DNA from: Salinivirgaceae bacterium
Lineage (GTDB): Bacteria; Bacteroidota; Bacteroidia; Bacteroidales; SZUA-534
Reading direction: 5' to 3'
NCBI GenBank assembly: GCA_030620515.1
Contig: JAUXEM010000001.1
Span: 2,779 to 66,778 of the forward strand
DNA: 64,000 bases
This document shows, in pieces, positions 27,278 through 36,046 of the stretch. The notes beneath the pieces were generated by a model. That model saw nothing but the letters and a program-made list of their open reading frames with translations. It was not told the DNA's origin and did no database searches. Position 1 is the first letter of the stretch. Each line of letters opens with the position of its first letter. A program made the translations under genes and the position numbers.

Positions 27278-29356
27278 TTAATTATCCACAAGAATAAATG
27301 CACCGTGCTCTTTTGTATAATGCATATATCCATTTTTAGCATTTATCCAGTTATTAACTTTCCATGGGGGCACCGACCCATCAATAACCAAAGTTTTGCA
27401 TTGCAAACTCTTTGGAAGATCTGTTGCTTTAATGACTGGAGCCCCACGTATAAGTATAAAATCAAGCAAAATAGTATCTTTTTTACCTAGAAATAAATAG
27501 TTGCTATTCTCATCAATGACAAGTCCTTTATATTTTGAAAATCCTAAAAAATTATTTTTTATTAAAACATTTTCTTTTGCATAGATGCTATCCATTGTTA
27601 ATTTATTTACTGAATTGCAATCTTTATTTTTCCAATATAAATTAGCTTTTTTGTAAAAATTAGGATCAATTTCCGATTGGCTTTTACATATCCAATAAGC
27701 TTTATCGTTTGCAATAAATTGAAGAGCTGAGGCTCTGGTCAAATGGTATATACAAACTGCCGTTTGACCTGATTTTTGCATATAGCTTATGTTTTTATAA
27801 ATAATTATGGATAGAATACAAACAAGGCTCGATATTAATAAATTGTAACGCTTTAAGATTATCCAAGCAGAAACTAAAGCAATGCAAGAATAGAATAAAA
27901 ACAAGAGTATCAAATCGATATTTATGCCTGTAACTACTGCAAATGGTAAATCGTTTACCCAAAATACAAAGGTATTTATTCCCTCAATCAATAAATTAAG
28001 TGATTTGCCAATAAAATTAAATACTATAGCAAAGGGTGATACTAAAACCAATAAAAAAGAACTAAATAGCATTAGCGCAGCTCCCAACGAAACCACTATA
28101 TTAGACAGCCAAAAATAAGTAGAAAACTGTCCAAAATAGTAAGTGGTAATTGGGAAAGTAGAAAGCTGTGCTGCAATAGAAACAGCTGTTAGCGACCAAA
28201 TTTTCTGAAGGTGTTTATTCGGAATGTAAACGAGCTTATTAATTTTTGGATAGAAAAAAACAATGCCTGCCACAGCTGTATAGGAAAGCTGAAATCCTAC
28301 ATCAAAAAGACTCATTGGATTAATGAACAAAAGAATAAGTGCTGAAGCAGCCAAGGAGTTATATATTTTTATGTTTTTGTTAAATAAATAACCTAAAAGC
28401 AGAAACGAGAACATTAAAGTGGAACGAAATACAGATACAGACATTCCGGTTAACAATGCATAGCCCCACAGGCAAACTATAATTAATAGATATTTTAGCT
28501 TTTCTCGCTTTTTGAAAAAATTAAAAAAAGCAAACAGCCACTTAAGAACTATAAGTACAATTCCAACATGTAAACCTGATACAGCAAGTACATGCATAGC
28601 GCCAGCTCCCGAATATGCTTGCTTTACTCGTGCATCAAGCTTATCTTTATAACCCAATGTTAATGCAGAAAACACGGCCAACTGATCACCTTCAATTCCT
28701 GCCTGTTCGTATAAGCCTATTAATTTTTGTCTAATATTTAGTGCTTTCTGTCTAAAACCTTTTTCCTTTTTTCCTATAATCATCCATTTATTTCCAGATA
28801 AATAAGTTGATTCGTTAACTTGCTTTAACTTCAAATACTTTTTGTAATCAAAATCAAATGGGTTTTTTTGTCCTTTTATTTCAGATAGTTGTGCATTAAA
28901 AATTATCTCCTGCCCAGCCTTTAAATCTCTAACAATTGTATCCTTTTCAAGATATGCCATTAATTTAAAATCTTGCTCATACCATATATTATTATCACAT
29001 ACAGCATTTACCGACAATTCACAACTGTAGAAAGTATTTTGTTCTTTAGGTACATTATTTACGATAGCTATAAATATATTCTGATTACTTTTAATTGTAT
29101 TTAAAGAGTTTGCTTGAAGAGCAGTAATAAAAATACCAGTAAAATAGAATAATAATAGAATAATAAAACCATAAATTGAATGCGTATGGTATTTTTTTTG
29201 CTTAATATATATAAGTAAGAATACTAGAAAACATAGCGCTAGAAAAAAGGCACTTAAAATTAATTCTAAGCCAAAGTAATATTGAGTTAGTATACCAGCA
29301 ATTGTTGGCAGAACCAATCTTATAAATGGTTGTTTTCGTAAGAAAGTAACTAGCAT
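27278..29356 (-). CDS. comEC: ComEC/Rec2-family DNA internalisation channel protein
   Basis: 692 aa; N-terminal DUF4131-like TM region and competence domain with AYSGAGAMHVLAVSGLHVG. No HxHxDH metallo-beta-lactamase motif is visible in the C-terminal ~190 aa. Confidence 0.85.
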   Translation of the reverse strand: MLVTFLRKQPFIRLVLPTIAGILTQYYFGLELILSAFFLALCFLVFLLIYIKQKKYHTHSIYGFIILLLFYFTGIFITALQANSLNTIKSNQNIFIAIVNNVPKEQNTFYSCELSVNAVCDNNIWYEQDFKLMAYLEKDTIVRDLKAGQEIIFNAQLSEIKGQKNPFDFDYKKYLKLKQVNESTYLSGNKWMIIGKKEKGFRQKALNIRQKLIGLYEQAGIEGDQLAVFSALTLGYKDKLDARVKQAYSGAGAMHVLAVSGLHVGIVLIVLKWLFAFFNFFKKREKLKYLLIIVCLWGYALLTGMSVSVFRSTLMFSFLLLGYLFNKNIKIYNSLAASALILLFINPMSLFDVGFQLSYTAVAGIVFFYPKINKLVYIPNKHLQKIWSLTAVSIAAQLSTFPITTYYFGQFSTYFWLSNIVVSLGAALMLFSSFLLVLVSPFAIVFNFIGKSLNLLIEGINTFVFWVNDLPFAVVTGINIDLILLFLFYSCIALVSAWIILKRYNLLISSLVCILSIIIYKNISYMQKSGQTAVCIYHLTRASALQFIANDKAYWICKSQSEIDPNFYKKANLYWKNKDCNSVNKLTMDSIYAKENVLIKNNFLGFSKYKGLVIDENSNYLFLGKKDTILLDFILIRGAPVIKATDLPKSLQCKTLVIDGSVPPWKVNNWINAKNGYMHYTKEHGAFILVDN

Positions 29357-29495
29357 TACATGAGTTAATTTGTATTAAATTTACAAAAATTAACCCACGT
29401 GTCAAATATAAATGATGCTATATAAAAAGCTGAAGGAATAAATATTCAGCTGGAAGAAGAAAGGGTCATGCGTGCATCTTGCCGCATGAATATAA

Positions 29496-29518
29496 TCATT
29501 CAGCTAGAAGCTGAATGA
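29496..29518 (-). terminator. Candidate terminator hairpin downstream of the TPR lipoprotein gene
   Basis: tcattcagc-tagaa-gctgaatga: 9-bp perfect stem about 30 nt beyond the stop at 29550. The T-run is weak (ttatatt on the transcribed strand). Confidence 0.35.
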
Positions 29519-29549
29519 CCCAACTCAAGAAACCTCAATCAATAAAAAC

Positions 29550-30062
29550 CTACTTATTCTTTTCTTGAAATATTTGAATTAATTCCTCAGGACTTTTACC
29601 CAGATATTTTAAGGATGCATCAGCATCTTTTCTAAGAGTATGATTTGGATATTTAATAATAAATTCTTTGTAATATTTCTCTGCATTTACTAAATCGCTT
29701 AACTGATTTTCGTAAATAAAAGCCTTTAAAAATAAGCTTTCCGCTACTTTATCGTAATCAGGATAATTAGCTATAACTTTATCGTAGTACAACAAAGCCT
29801 GACTTGCCATTTTCAAATTCATGGCAATTTCACCAGCCTTAAAAAGAAATTCTCCTGAAACTGTATCACTAGGATGTTCTTTAGCGAATTCTACATAGGC
29901 ATCTATTAGTTGGGTACCTTTTGCTTTATCTAGCATTTTCATTGAATACACTTCTTCCTCTAATGTTTTTATTTCGCTGTACTGCTGATCTTGCTTATTT
30001 GTACATGCAAATACTAAAACCACAAGTGAAGCTAAAACTAGTAAATTTGAAAATCTGTTCAT
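29550..30062 (-). CDS. TPR-repeat lipoprotein
   Basis: 170 aa; lipoprotein signal MNRFSNLLVLASLVVLVFAC followed by TPR-like helices (ALLYYDKVIANYPDYDKVAESLFLKAFIY..). Confidence 0.75.
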   Translation of the reverse strand: MNRFSNLLVLASLVVLVFACTNKQDQQYSEIKTLEEEVYSMKMLDKAKGTQLIDAYVEFAKEHPSDTVSGEFLFKAGEIAMNLKMASQALLYYDKVIANYPDYDKVAESLFLKAFIYENQLSDLVNAEKYYKEFIIKYPNHTLRKDADASLKYLGKSPEELIQIFQEKNK

Positions 30063-30113
30063 ATTAATAAGATTAATTTGTGTTTTTGTTCATTTAAAAT
30101 TTGTGCTCATGTT

Positions 30114-30148
30114 AAGACCTGCCTGAAAGTAAACCTCGTCAGACAGGC
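30114..30148. repeat. AGACCTGCCT..CAGACAGG-family palindrome
   Basis: aagacctgcctgaaagtaaacctcgtcagacaggc, in the def/TPR intergenic region. Confidence 0.6.
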
Positions 30149-30205
30149 ACTTTAATCATTGTATATTATGTGTCTCTATATTTATTTCAGCCATGAGCCG
30201 TTTCA

Positions 30206-30763
30206 TTATTTTCTATTTGGTGTAACTCTATACTCAGGAATAGTTTTCCCCTTTGCTATAGCAGTAAGTTTACCATTTATTAAGCGTCTACGAATTGGAG
30301 AAATATGATCTACAAAAAGCTTTCCTTCTAAATGGTCGTATTCATGCTGTGTAATTCGAGCTTTTACACCTACCCACTCTTCAACATACTCCTTAAAATT
30401 CTCATCTTGATATTTTATGGTAATCTCTGTAGGTCTATATACATCTTCACGAATAGTAGGTAAACTTAAACAACCTTCGTTAAAGCTTTCCTTCTCTCCC
30501 CTAAATTCAATAATTTCAGGATTAATTAATACTTTCTTAAAGTCCTTTACTGATTCATCATCTTCGCCAAAAGGAGTGGCATCAATTACAATTAATCTAA
30601 TGTTTTTATTCACTTGAGGAGCAGCCAAACCAACTCCTTCTGCTTTATACATGGTTTCATACATGTTATCTATTAGCTGTTGTAATCCTTGGTAATCTTT
30701 ATCAATTTCCACAGCTTTCTTTCTCAAAACCGGATTTCCGTATACTGTTATTGGTAAAATCAT
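30206..30763 (-). CDS. def: Peptide deformylase
   Basis: 185 aa; motifs GVGLAAPQV, EGCLS and QHEYDHLEG. Confidence 0.95.
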   Translation of the reverse strand: MILPITVYGNPVLRKKAVEIDKDYQGLQQLIDNMYETMYKAEGVGLAAPQVNKNIRLIVIDATPFGEDDESVKDFKKVLINPEIIEFRGEKESFNEGCLSLPTIREDVYRPTEITIKYQDENFKEYVEEWVGVKARITQHEYDHLEGKLFVDHISPIRRRLINGKLTAIAKGKTIPEYRVTPNRK

Positions 30764-30765
30764 TG

Positions 30766-31188
30766 TTATAAAAATCTATTTTTCTGTTCTAAAAACGATT
30801 GCAAAATTATTGTTGCACTTATTGTATCTACTAATGCTTTATTCTGTCGTTGCTTCTTTTTTAATCCTCCATCAATCATTGCTTGATGCGCAATTTTAGA
30901 TGTAAATCTTTCGTCGACTAAGTGTACACTTATATCGGGAAATTGTTTTTTTAGTTTGCCAACAAATGGTTTTATGTATTTCATTGATTCTGATTCGCTG
31001 TAATCCATTTGCCTTGCTTCGCCTACTACAAAAGCCTCCACTGTTTCCTTTTTACAATACTCGGCTAAATACTCTAAACACTTAGCTGCAGGCACAGTTG
31101 TTAAGCCTGTTGCTATTATTTGCAAGGGGTCGGTTACGGCAATCCCTGCTCTTTTTTGTCCAAAATCAATGGCTAATATTCGTCCCAA
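30766..31188 (-). CDS. ruvX: Holliday-junction resolvase-like RuvX/YqgF
   Basis: 140 aa; MGRILAIDFGQKRAGIAVTD and DERFTS motifs. 2-bp gap to def. Confidence 0.9.
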   Translation of the reverse strand: MGRILAIDFGQKRAGIAVTDPLQIIATGLTTVPAAKCLEYLAEYCKKETVEAFVVGEARQMDYSESESMKYIKPFVGKLKKQFPDISVHLVDERFTSKIAHQAMIDGGLKKKQRQNKALVDTISATIILQSFLEQKNRFL

Positions 31189-31193
31189 ATTGT

Positions 31194-32588
31194 TTAGTTT
31201 ATTCCTGCAATTTCTTTAATCTCACCAATCATTCTTTTTGCCAATGCCTCGGCTTTACTTTCCGATTGGCTTTCGCTATAAATTCTAATTATAGGTTCCG
31301 TGTTCGATTTACGTAAATGAACCCATTCATTGGCAAAATCAATTTTTATGCCATCAATGTCATTTACTTTTTCATTGCTATATTTTTCCTTAATTTTTAA
31401 CAAAATTTCGTCAACATTAATTTGTGGTGTTAATTCTATTTTATTTTTAGAGATATAATATTGAGGATAAGTAGCTCTTAACTCTGTACATTTCAACTTC
31501 TTTTTAGCCAAAAAAGTTAAAAACAAAGCTATACCAACCAGTGCGTCTCTGCCAGCATGTAATTCAGGATATATTACTCCCCCATTACCTTCGCCACCAA
31601 TAATTGCACCTATTTCGTTCATTTTGCTAACCACATTTACTTCACCAACAGCAGCAGCTTCATATTTACCTCCATGTTTTTCTGTTACATCGCGTAAAGC
31701 ACGGGTCGATGATAAATTAGAAACCGTATTTCCTTTTGTGTCCGATAAAATATAATCGGCAATAGCCACAAGCGTATATTCTTCGCCAAACATTGAACCA
31801 TCTTCGTTAACTATTGCTAAACGATCTACATCGGGATCAACCACAAAGCCAACATCGGCTTTATTTTCAATCATTGCCGTAGAAATTTGAGTAAGATTCT
31901 CAGGCAATGGTTCTGGAGTATGTGCAAAATGACCATTTGCTTCGGTATTTAAACCTACAACTTGAGTGACTCCTAAAGCCTTAAATAATTCTGGTAAAAT
32001 TATACCGCCAACCGAATTAATAGCATCAAAAGCCACTTTAAAATTTGCCTTTTTAATGGTATCAACATCTACTAATTTTAAATTTAGCACATGCTGAATA
32101 TGCTTAGCATCGTAATCAGTAACTATTTCTGTTTTTCCTAAATCGTCAACCTCTGCAAAAATAAAATCTTCTTTTTCAGCTATATCTAAAACAACAGCAC
32201 CCTCAGCTGCATTTAAAAATTCACCTTTGCTATTCAATAATTTAAGTGCATTCCATTGCTTCGGATTATGGCTTGCTGTAAGTATTAAACCACCATCTGC
32301 CTTATAATCTACCACTGCCATTTCAGTAGTTGGCGTACTGGCTAAACCTATATCAACCACATCAATACCTAATCCGTTTAAAGAGCCAAGCACTAACTGA
32401 TTTACCATTTTGCCCGAAATACGTGCATCGCGACCAACAACTACTTTTAATTTTTTATTATTTGAATTGTTTGCCACCCATTGCCCATAAGCTGAAGCGT
32501 ACTTAACAACATCAATTGGACTTAAGCCATCACCAGGCTTGCCACCAATTGTTCCTCTAATTCCGGATATCGATTTTATTAATGTCAT
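31194..32588 (-). CDS. glmM: Phosphoglucosamine mutase
   Basis: The ORF track start at 32615 is TTG; the ATG at 32588 gives MTLIKSISGIRGT. Active-site TASHNP, Mg site FDPDVDR-like (VVDPDVDR), and sugar loop GEGNGG. Confidence 0.9.
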   Translation of the reverse strand: MTLIKSISGIRGTIGGKPGDGLSPIDVVKYASAYGQWVANNSNNKKLKVVVGRDARISGKMVNQLVLGSLNGLGIDVVDIGLASTPTTEMAVVDYKADGGLILTASHNPKQWNALKLLNSKGEFLNAAEGAVVLDIAEKEDFIFAEVDDLGKTEIVTDYDAKHIQHVLNLKLVDVDTIKKANFKVAFDAINSVGGIILPELFKALGVTQVVGLNTEANGHFAHTPEPLPENLTQISTAMIENKADVGFVVDPDVDRLAIVNEDGSMFGEEYTLVAIADYILSDTKGNTVSNLSSTRALRDVTEKHGGKYEAAAVGEVNVVSKMNEIGAIIGGEGNGGVIYPELHAGRDALVGIALFLTFLAKKKLKCTELRATYPQYYISKNKIELTPQINVDEILLKIKEKYSNEKVNDIDGIKIDFANEWVHLRKSNTEPIIRIYSESQSESKAEALAKRMIGEIKEIAGIN

Positions 32589-32773
32589 AATATTTAAGCA
32601 TTTTTCAATCGGCAAATATACAAATTATTATATTCCTTATTAGTGATGAATAAGTTAGATTTTTGCAATTATTGAACACAATTAAAAGCAACTTAATACA
32701 ATACACATTAAAATGTTTGTATTTAACCTCTACACTATAATATTTAATAGTATTTTTGCAAAAAATAATTTGC

Positions 32774-33889
32774 ATGACAGATCAATCGAAAGTATATTTT
32801 ACAAATCTGAGAACAACTCCAAATAGCAACCTACTTGAGAAGTTAGAAAAGCTAATTAGAGCTGCCGGATTTAATGATATTGATTTTACGAATAAATTTA
32901 CTGCATTAAAAATACATTTTGGTGAACCTGGAAATCTATCATACATAAGACCAAATTACGCTGCACAAATTGTTGATATGGTTAAGCAAGCCGGCGGAAA
33001 ACCTTTTTTAACAGATACAAATACTTTGTATTCGGGCAAAAGAGCCAATGCTATTGATCATATTGAAAGTGCCACAAAAAATGGTTTTGCTGAAGTAGTA
33101 ACGGGCTGTCCTGTAATTATTGCCGACGGATTAAAAGGAACTGATCAAGATGAAATTGAAATAAAACTAGAGCATTGCGAACATGCCCGAATAGGAAAAG
33201 CAATTAGCGCTGCCGATATAATTATGTCTATAAATCATTTTAAAGGACATGAAATGGCCGGCTTTGGTGGCGCATTAAAAAACCTTGGAATGGGTTGTGC
33301 TTCGGTAGGAGGTAAACTGGTTTTACATTCCACATCGAAACCTAAAATACACATTGATAACTGCACAGGATGTAATGTCTGTGTTAAAAAATGCGCACAC
33401 AATGCCATTAAACTAAACAATGACAGAAAAGCAGTTATTGACTACCATAATTGTGTTGGTTGTGGTCAGTGCGTTGCAGAATGCCAGTTTGATGCTGCGC
33501 AGGTGGTATGGGAAAATGCTTCGGTATTAATGAACGAGAAAGTAGCCGAATATGCCTATGCCGTTATTAATAACAAACCATCGTTGCATATTAGTTTCAT
33601 GACAGACATTTCGCCCAATTGCGATTGCTGGGGACATAATGATTATCCAATAGTTCCTAATATTGGTATTGCTGCCTCAACTGATCCTGTTGCCTTAGAT
33701 AAAGCATGTGCCGATATGGTAAGCAAACAACCGGTTTTAGAACAATCGCTAATTGGTGAAAAGCATAAACATAAAACCGATTGCGATAAATTTGCAATGA
33801 TTCATCCAAACACCGATTGGGAAGCTGGAATAAAACACGCTGTGAAAATAGGTTTGGGTACAACAAATTATAATATAATTGAAATTTAA
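32774..33889 (+). CDS. DUF362-domain protein with 2x[4Fe-4S] ferredoxin insert
   Basis: The ORF track start at 32756 is TTG; the ATG at 32774 gives MTDQSKVYF. Contains CTGCNVCVKKCAHNAI and CVGCGQCVAECQFDA. Confidence 0.8.
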   Translation: MTDQSKVYFTNLRTTPNSNLLEKLEKLIRAAGFNDIDFTNKFTALKIHFGEPGNLSYIRPNYAAQIVDMVKQAGGKPFLTDTNTLYSGKRANAIDHIESATKNGFAEVVTGCPVIIADGLKGTDQDEIEIKLEHCEHARIGKAISAADIIMSINHFKGHEMAGFGGALKNLGMGCASVGGKLVLHSTSKPKIHIDNCTGCNVCVKKCAHNAIKLNNDRKAVIDYHNCVGCGQCVAECQFDAAQVVWENASVLMNEKVAEYAYAVINNKPSLHISFMTDISPNCDCWGHNDYPIVPNIGIAASTDPVALDKACADMVSKQPVLEQSLIGEKHKHKTDCDKFAMIHPNTDWEAGIKHAVKIGLGTTNYNIIEI

Positions 33890-33897
33890 ATATTGCC

Positions 33898-34824
33898 ATG
33901 GTAAAAAAATCAGGGAAGAGAGATGGAAAAAAGTCTTTTTCAAAAAAAGATGACAACAAATCATTCTCAAAAAAAGACGATAATAAATCATCTACATATA
34001 GGGGTGATAAAAAAACCTATTCAAAAAAAGGATATGTAAAACCTGTTTCAGAAAAAAGTAAAGCTGAAACAGAAAACAGAGAGAAAAATAAAGCTCTGAA
34101 GAAAACTGATGGCGATCGTTTAAATAAATATATAGCTAATTCAGGAGTTTGTAGTCGTCGCGAAGCCGATAAATATATTGAGGCAGGTTTGGTTTCAATT
34201 AATGGGAAAGTAGTTACAGAACTTGGCACAAAAGTTTTTTATGGCGATAAAGTAAGAGTAAACGACGCCGGTATTTCACCCGAAAAGAAAACCTATGTGC
34301 TTTTAAATAAGCCGAAAGATTATGTTACTGATGATGACAACCCCCATGCTCAAAAAACAGTTAATGACTTAATACAAAACGGTTGTAAAGAACGCGTATT
34401 TCCCGTAGGGCGGTTAGATAAAGCAACCACAGGGCTTTTACTAATGACAAACGATGGCGAATTAGCGGAGCATTTGGCGCATCCAAAAAATAATAAAAAG
34501 AAAATTTATCAAGTTACTTTAAATAAAGAGGCAACTTTAGACGACTTACAAAAGCTATTAGAAGGTGTTACTCTGGAAGATGGTAAGGCAAAAGTAGATC
34601 AGATTTCTTATTGTACACCTGATGATAAAAAGGAAGTAGGTATTGAAATTCATACGGGAAAAAATAGAATAATTCGACGAATGTTTGAACATGTAGGTTA
34701 TAAAATTAAAAAACTTGACAGAGTCTATTTTGCCGGTCTTACTAAGAAAAACCTACCACGAGGCAAATGGCGCTTTTTAAGCGAGAAAGAAATTATAATG
34801 TTAAAAAGAGGAGCTTATAAATAA
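33898..34824 (+). CDS. rluB: RluB/RsuA-family 23S/16S rRNA pseudouridine synthase with Lys-rich N-terminal extension
   Basis: 308 aa; S4 domain RLNKYIANSGVCSRREADKYI and catalytic GRLDKATTGLLLMTNDG. The N-terminal ~70 aa are K/S/D-rich with a 27-nt tandem repeat. Confidence 0.85.
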   Translation: MVKKSGKRDGKKSFSKKDDNKSFSKKDDNKSSTYRGDKKTYSKKGYVKPVSEKSKAETENREKNKALKKTDGDRLNKYIANSGVCSRREADKYIEAGLVSINGKVVTELGTKVFYGDKVRVNDAGISPEKKTYVLLNKPKDYVTDDDNPHAQKTVNDLIQNGCKERVFPVGRLDKATTGLLLMTNDGELAEHLAHPKNNKKKIYQVTLNKEATLDDLQKLLEGVTLEDGKAKVDQISYCTPDDKKEVGIEIHTGKNRIIRRMFEHVGYKIKKLDRVYFAGLTKKNLPRGKWRFLSEKEIIMLKRGAYK

Positions 34825-35156
34825 TCTTTGCAGGCCTCTATTGTTGCATCAAAAACAAATATATGAGTAACTTTGTAGCACTACTAATGAAAAATTAAAT
34901 ATTTTTTTAAAGTAATTTTAATTTGTTACCAATTTTAATGTAATACAGGCTTGTCTGTTGTGAGTGAGACTTGTATTACAAATCCATACTATCGCGAGCA
35001 GTGCTATATATTACACTTCTTTTATATTGTAAAACGAAAGCTAATTTGTTAATACTGATGAACGTATTTACCTCATATTATTTAGTCTTGGTTTACCCTT
35101 AATATAATTGATACACTGCTTACCATTATAATACTTATTTATTTTCCTTGGGTATA

Positions 35157-35322
35157 AGCCGCCTGCCAAAATTTTACGGCGGGCAGTTATCCCGAGACTC
35201 CGCCTGAACGATTAGTAGGAAAGGTTGCCCTGTTTTTTTTGATAGCCGCCTGACCAGTCGGGCTGGTTGAATTTTAACGCTTAGTGGGTTTGCCTCGTTT
35301 ATTTTTTTGAGGCTTGTCAAAA
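35157..35322 (-). repeat. Hairpin/spacer/hairpin dispersed element, expanded degenerate copy
   Basis: ccgcctgccaaaattttacggcgggcag matches the reverse complement of 17237-17268. gaattttaacgcttagtgggtttgcctcg matches the reverse complement of 17152-17180. Confidence 0.5.
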
Positions 35323-35638
35323 AATATTTACTAATTAGTTTGGCTCTATTCTAAACTGTGGGTGTTAAAATAATATGCCAATACCACAAAGGCATACAGC
35401 GAATTAAATTATGTATTTGTAACTAAAAAAGTAGCTGTATTTTTCACTTTACCTCAACAATAAATCATAAACAAATATTATTGAGACATTTTGTTTTCTA
35501 TTGAATGCCACCCATTAGTTAGAATTGAGCTATTAATTTTTCAATATCTATTGTTTAGCTTTTAAAACTTATTTAAAAGTTTTGTGTTTTATCTGGAACA
35601 AATTAAATTAGTTTATTCAATTGTGTTTTATGTACTAA

Positions 35639-36019
35639 ATGAAAAGTTTTTTCGCCACCATATTTACAGCATTAGTATTACTAGGTACGCTTAAAGAGGC
35701 TTCTATCTACATAGTCTTTAAGCTGAATCAAAAATATATAGCCGAAAATCTTTGTGTTGAAAAAGATATTGAGGATTCAACATGCAACGGTTGTTGCCAG
35801 CTAAAACAAAAACTAATAGAAACTAAAAAGAATGAACAGGAGAATATTCCAGAAAGGCAGCGTGAAACATTGACCCCTTTACATTTTATTGCAGATAAAA
35901 TGAATAATAATTTAACTAATAGGCATAAGATCAAGAAAATAACAAGCGAGTATTCTATATACTCGAATAAGTATTCATATATTTTCATTTCAGATTGTTT
36001 CCACCCACCAAAATTTTAA
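35639..36019 (+). CDS. Small membrane-anchored hypothetical protein with CxxCC motif
   Basis: 126 aa; N-terminal hydrophobic anchor MKSFFATIFTALVLLGTL and STCNGCCQLKQK. Lies 27 bp upstream of the TonB-dependent receptor. No family recognised. Confidence 0.5.
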   Translation: MKSFFATIFTALVLLGTLKEASIYIVFKLNQKYIAENLCVEKDIEDSTCNGCCQLKQKLIETKKNEQENIPERQRETLTPLHFIADKMNNNLTNRHKIKKITSEYSIYSNKYSYIFISDCFHPPKF

Positions 36020-36046
36020 AAAATTTCTTATGCCATAGCACTACCT

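Noticed and set aside
29430-29520. Repeated attcagct(g/a)gaag words as a regulatory direct repeat upstream of comEC
   Set aside because: The second copy is simply the 5' arm of the terminator-like hairpin at 29496-29518. Only two copies exist and there is no clear operator geometry.
33657-33991. Minus-strand ORFs 33657..33959 and 33749..33991
   Set aside because: They are antisense to the DUF362 3' end and to the Lys-rich (A-rich) rluB 5' region, which gives Phe/Leu-rich nonsense on the opposite strand.
34830-35638. Riboswitch or other cis-regulatory RNA in the 800-bp gap upstream of the small ORF/TonB receptor
   Set aside because: I could not find a B12-box, TPP, SAM or other riboswitch core motif by eye. 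Part of the gap is explained by the dispersed hairpin/spacer/hairpin repeat. A covariance-model scan (Rfam/Infernal) would be needed to be sure.
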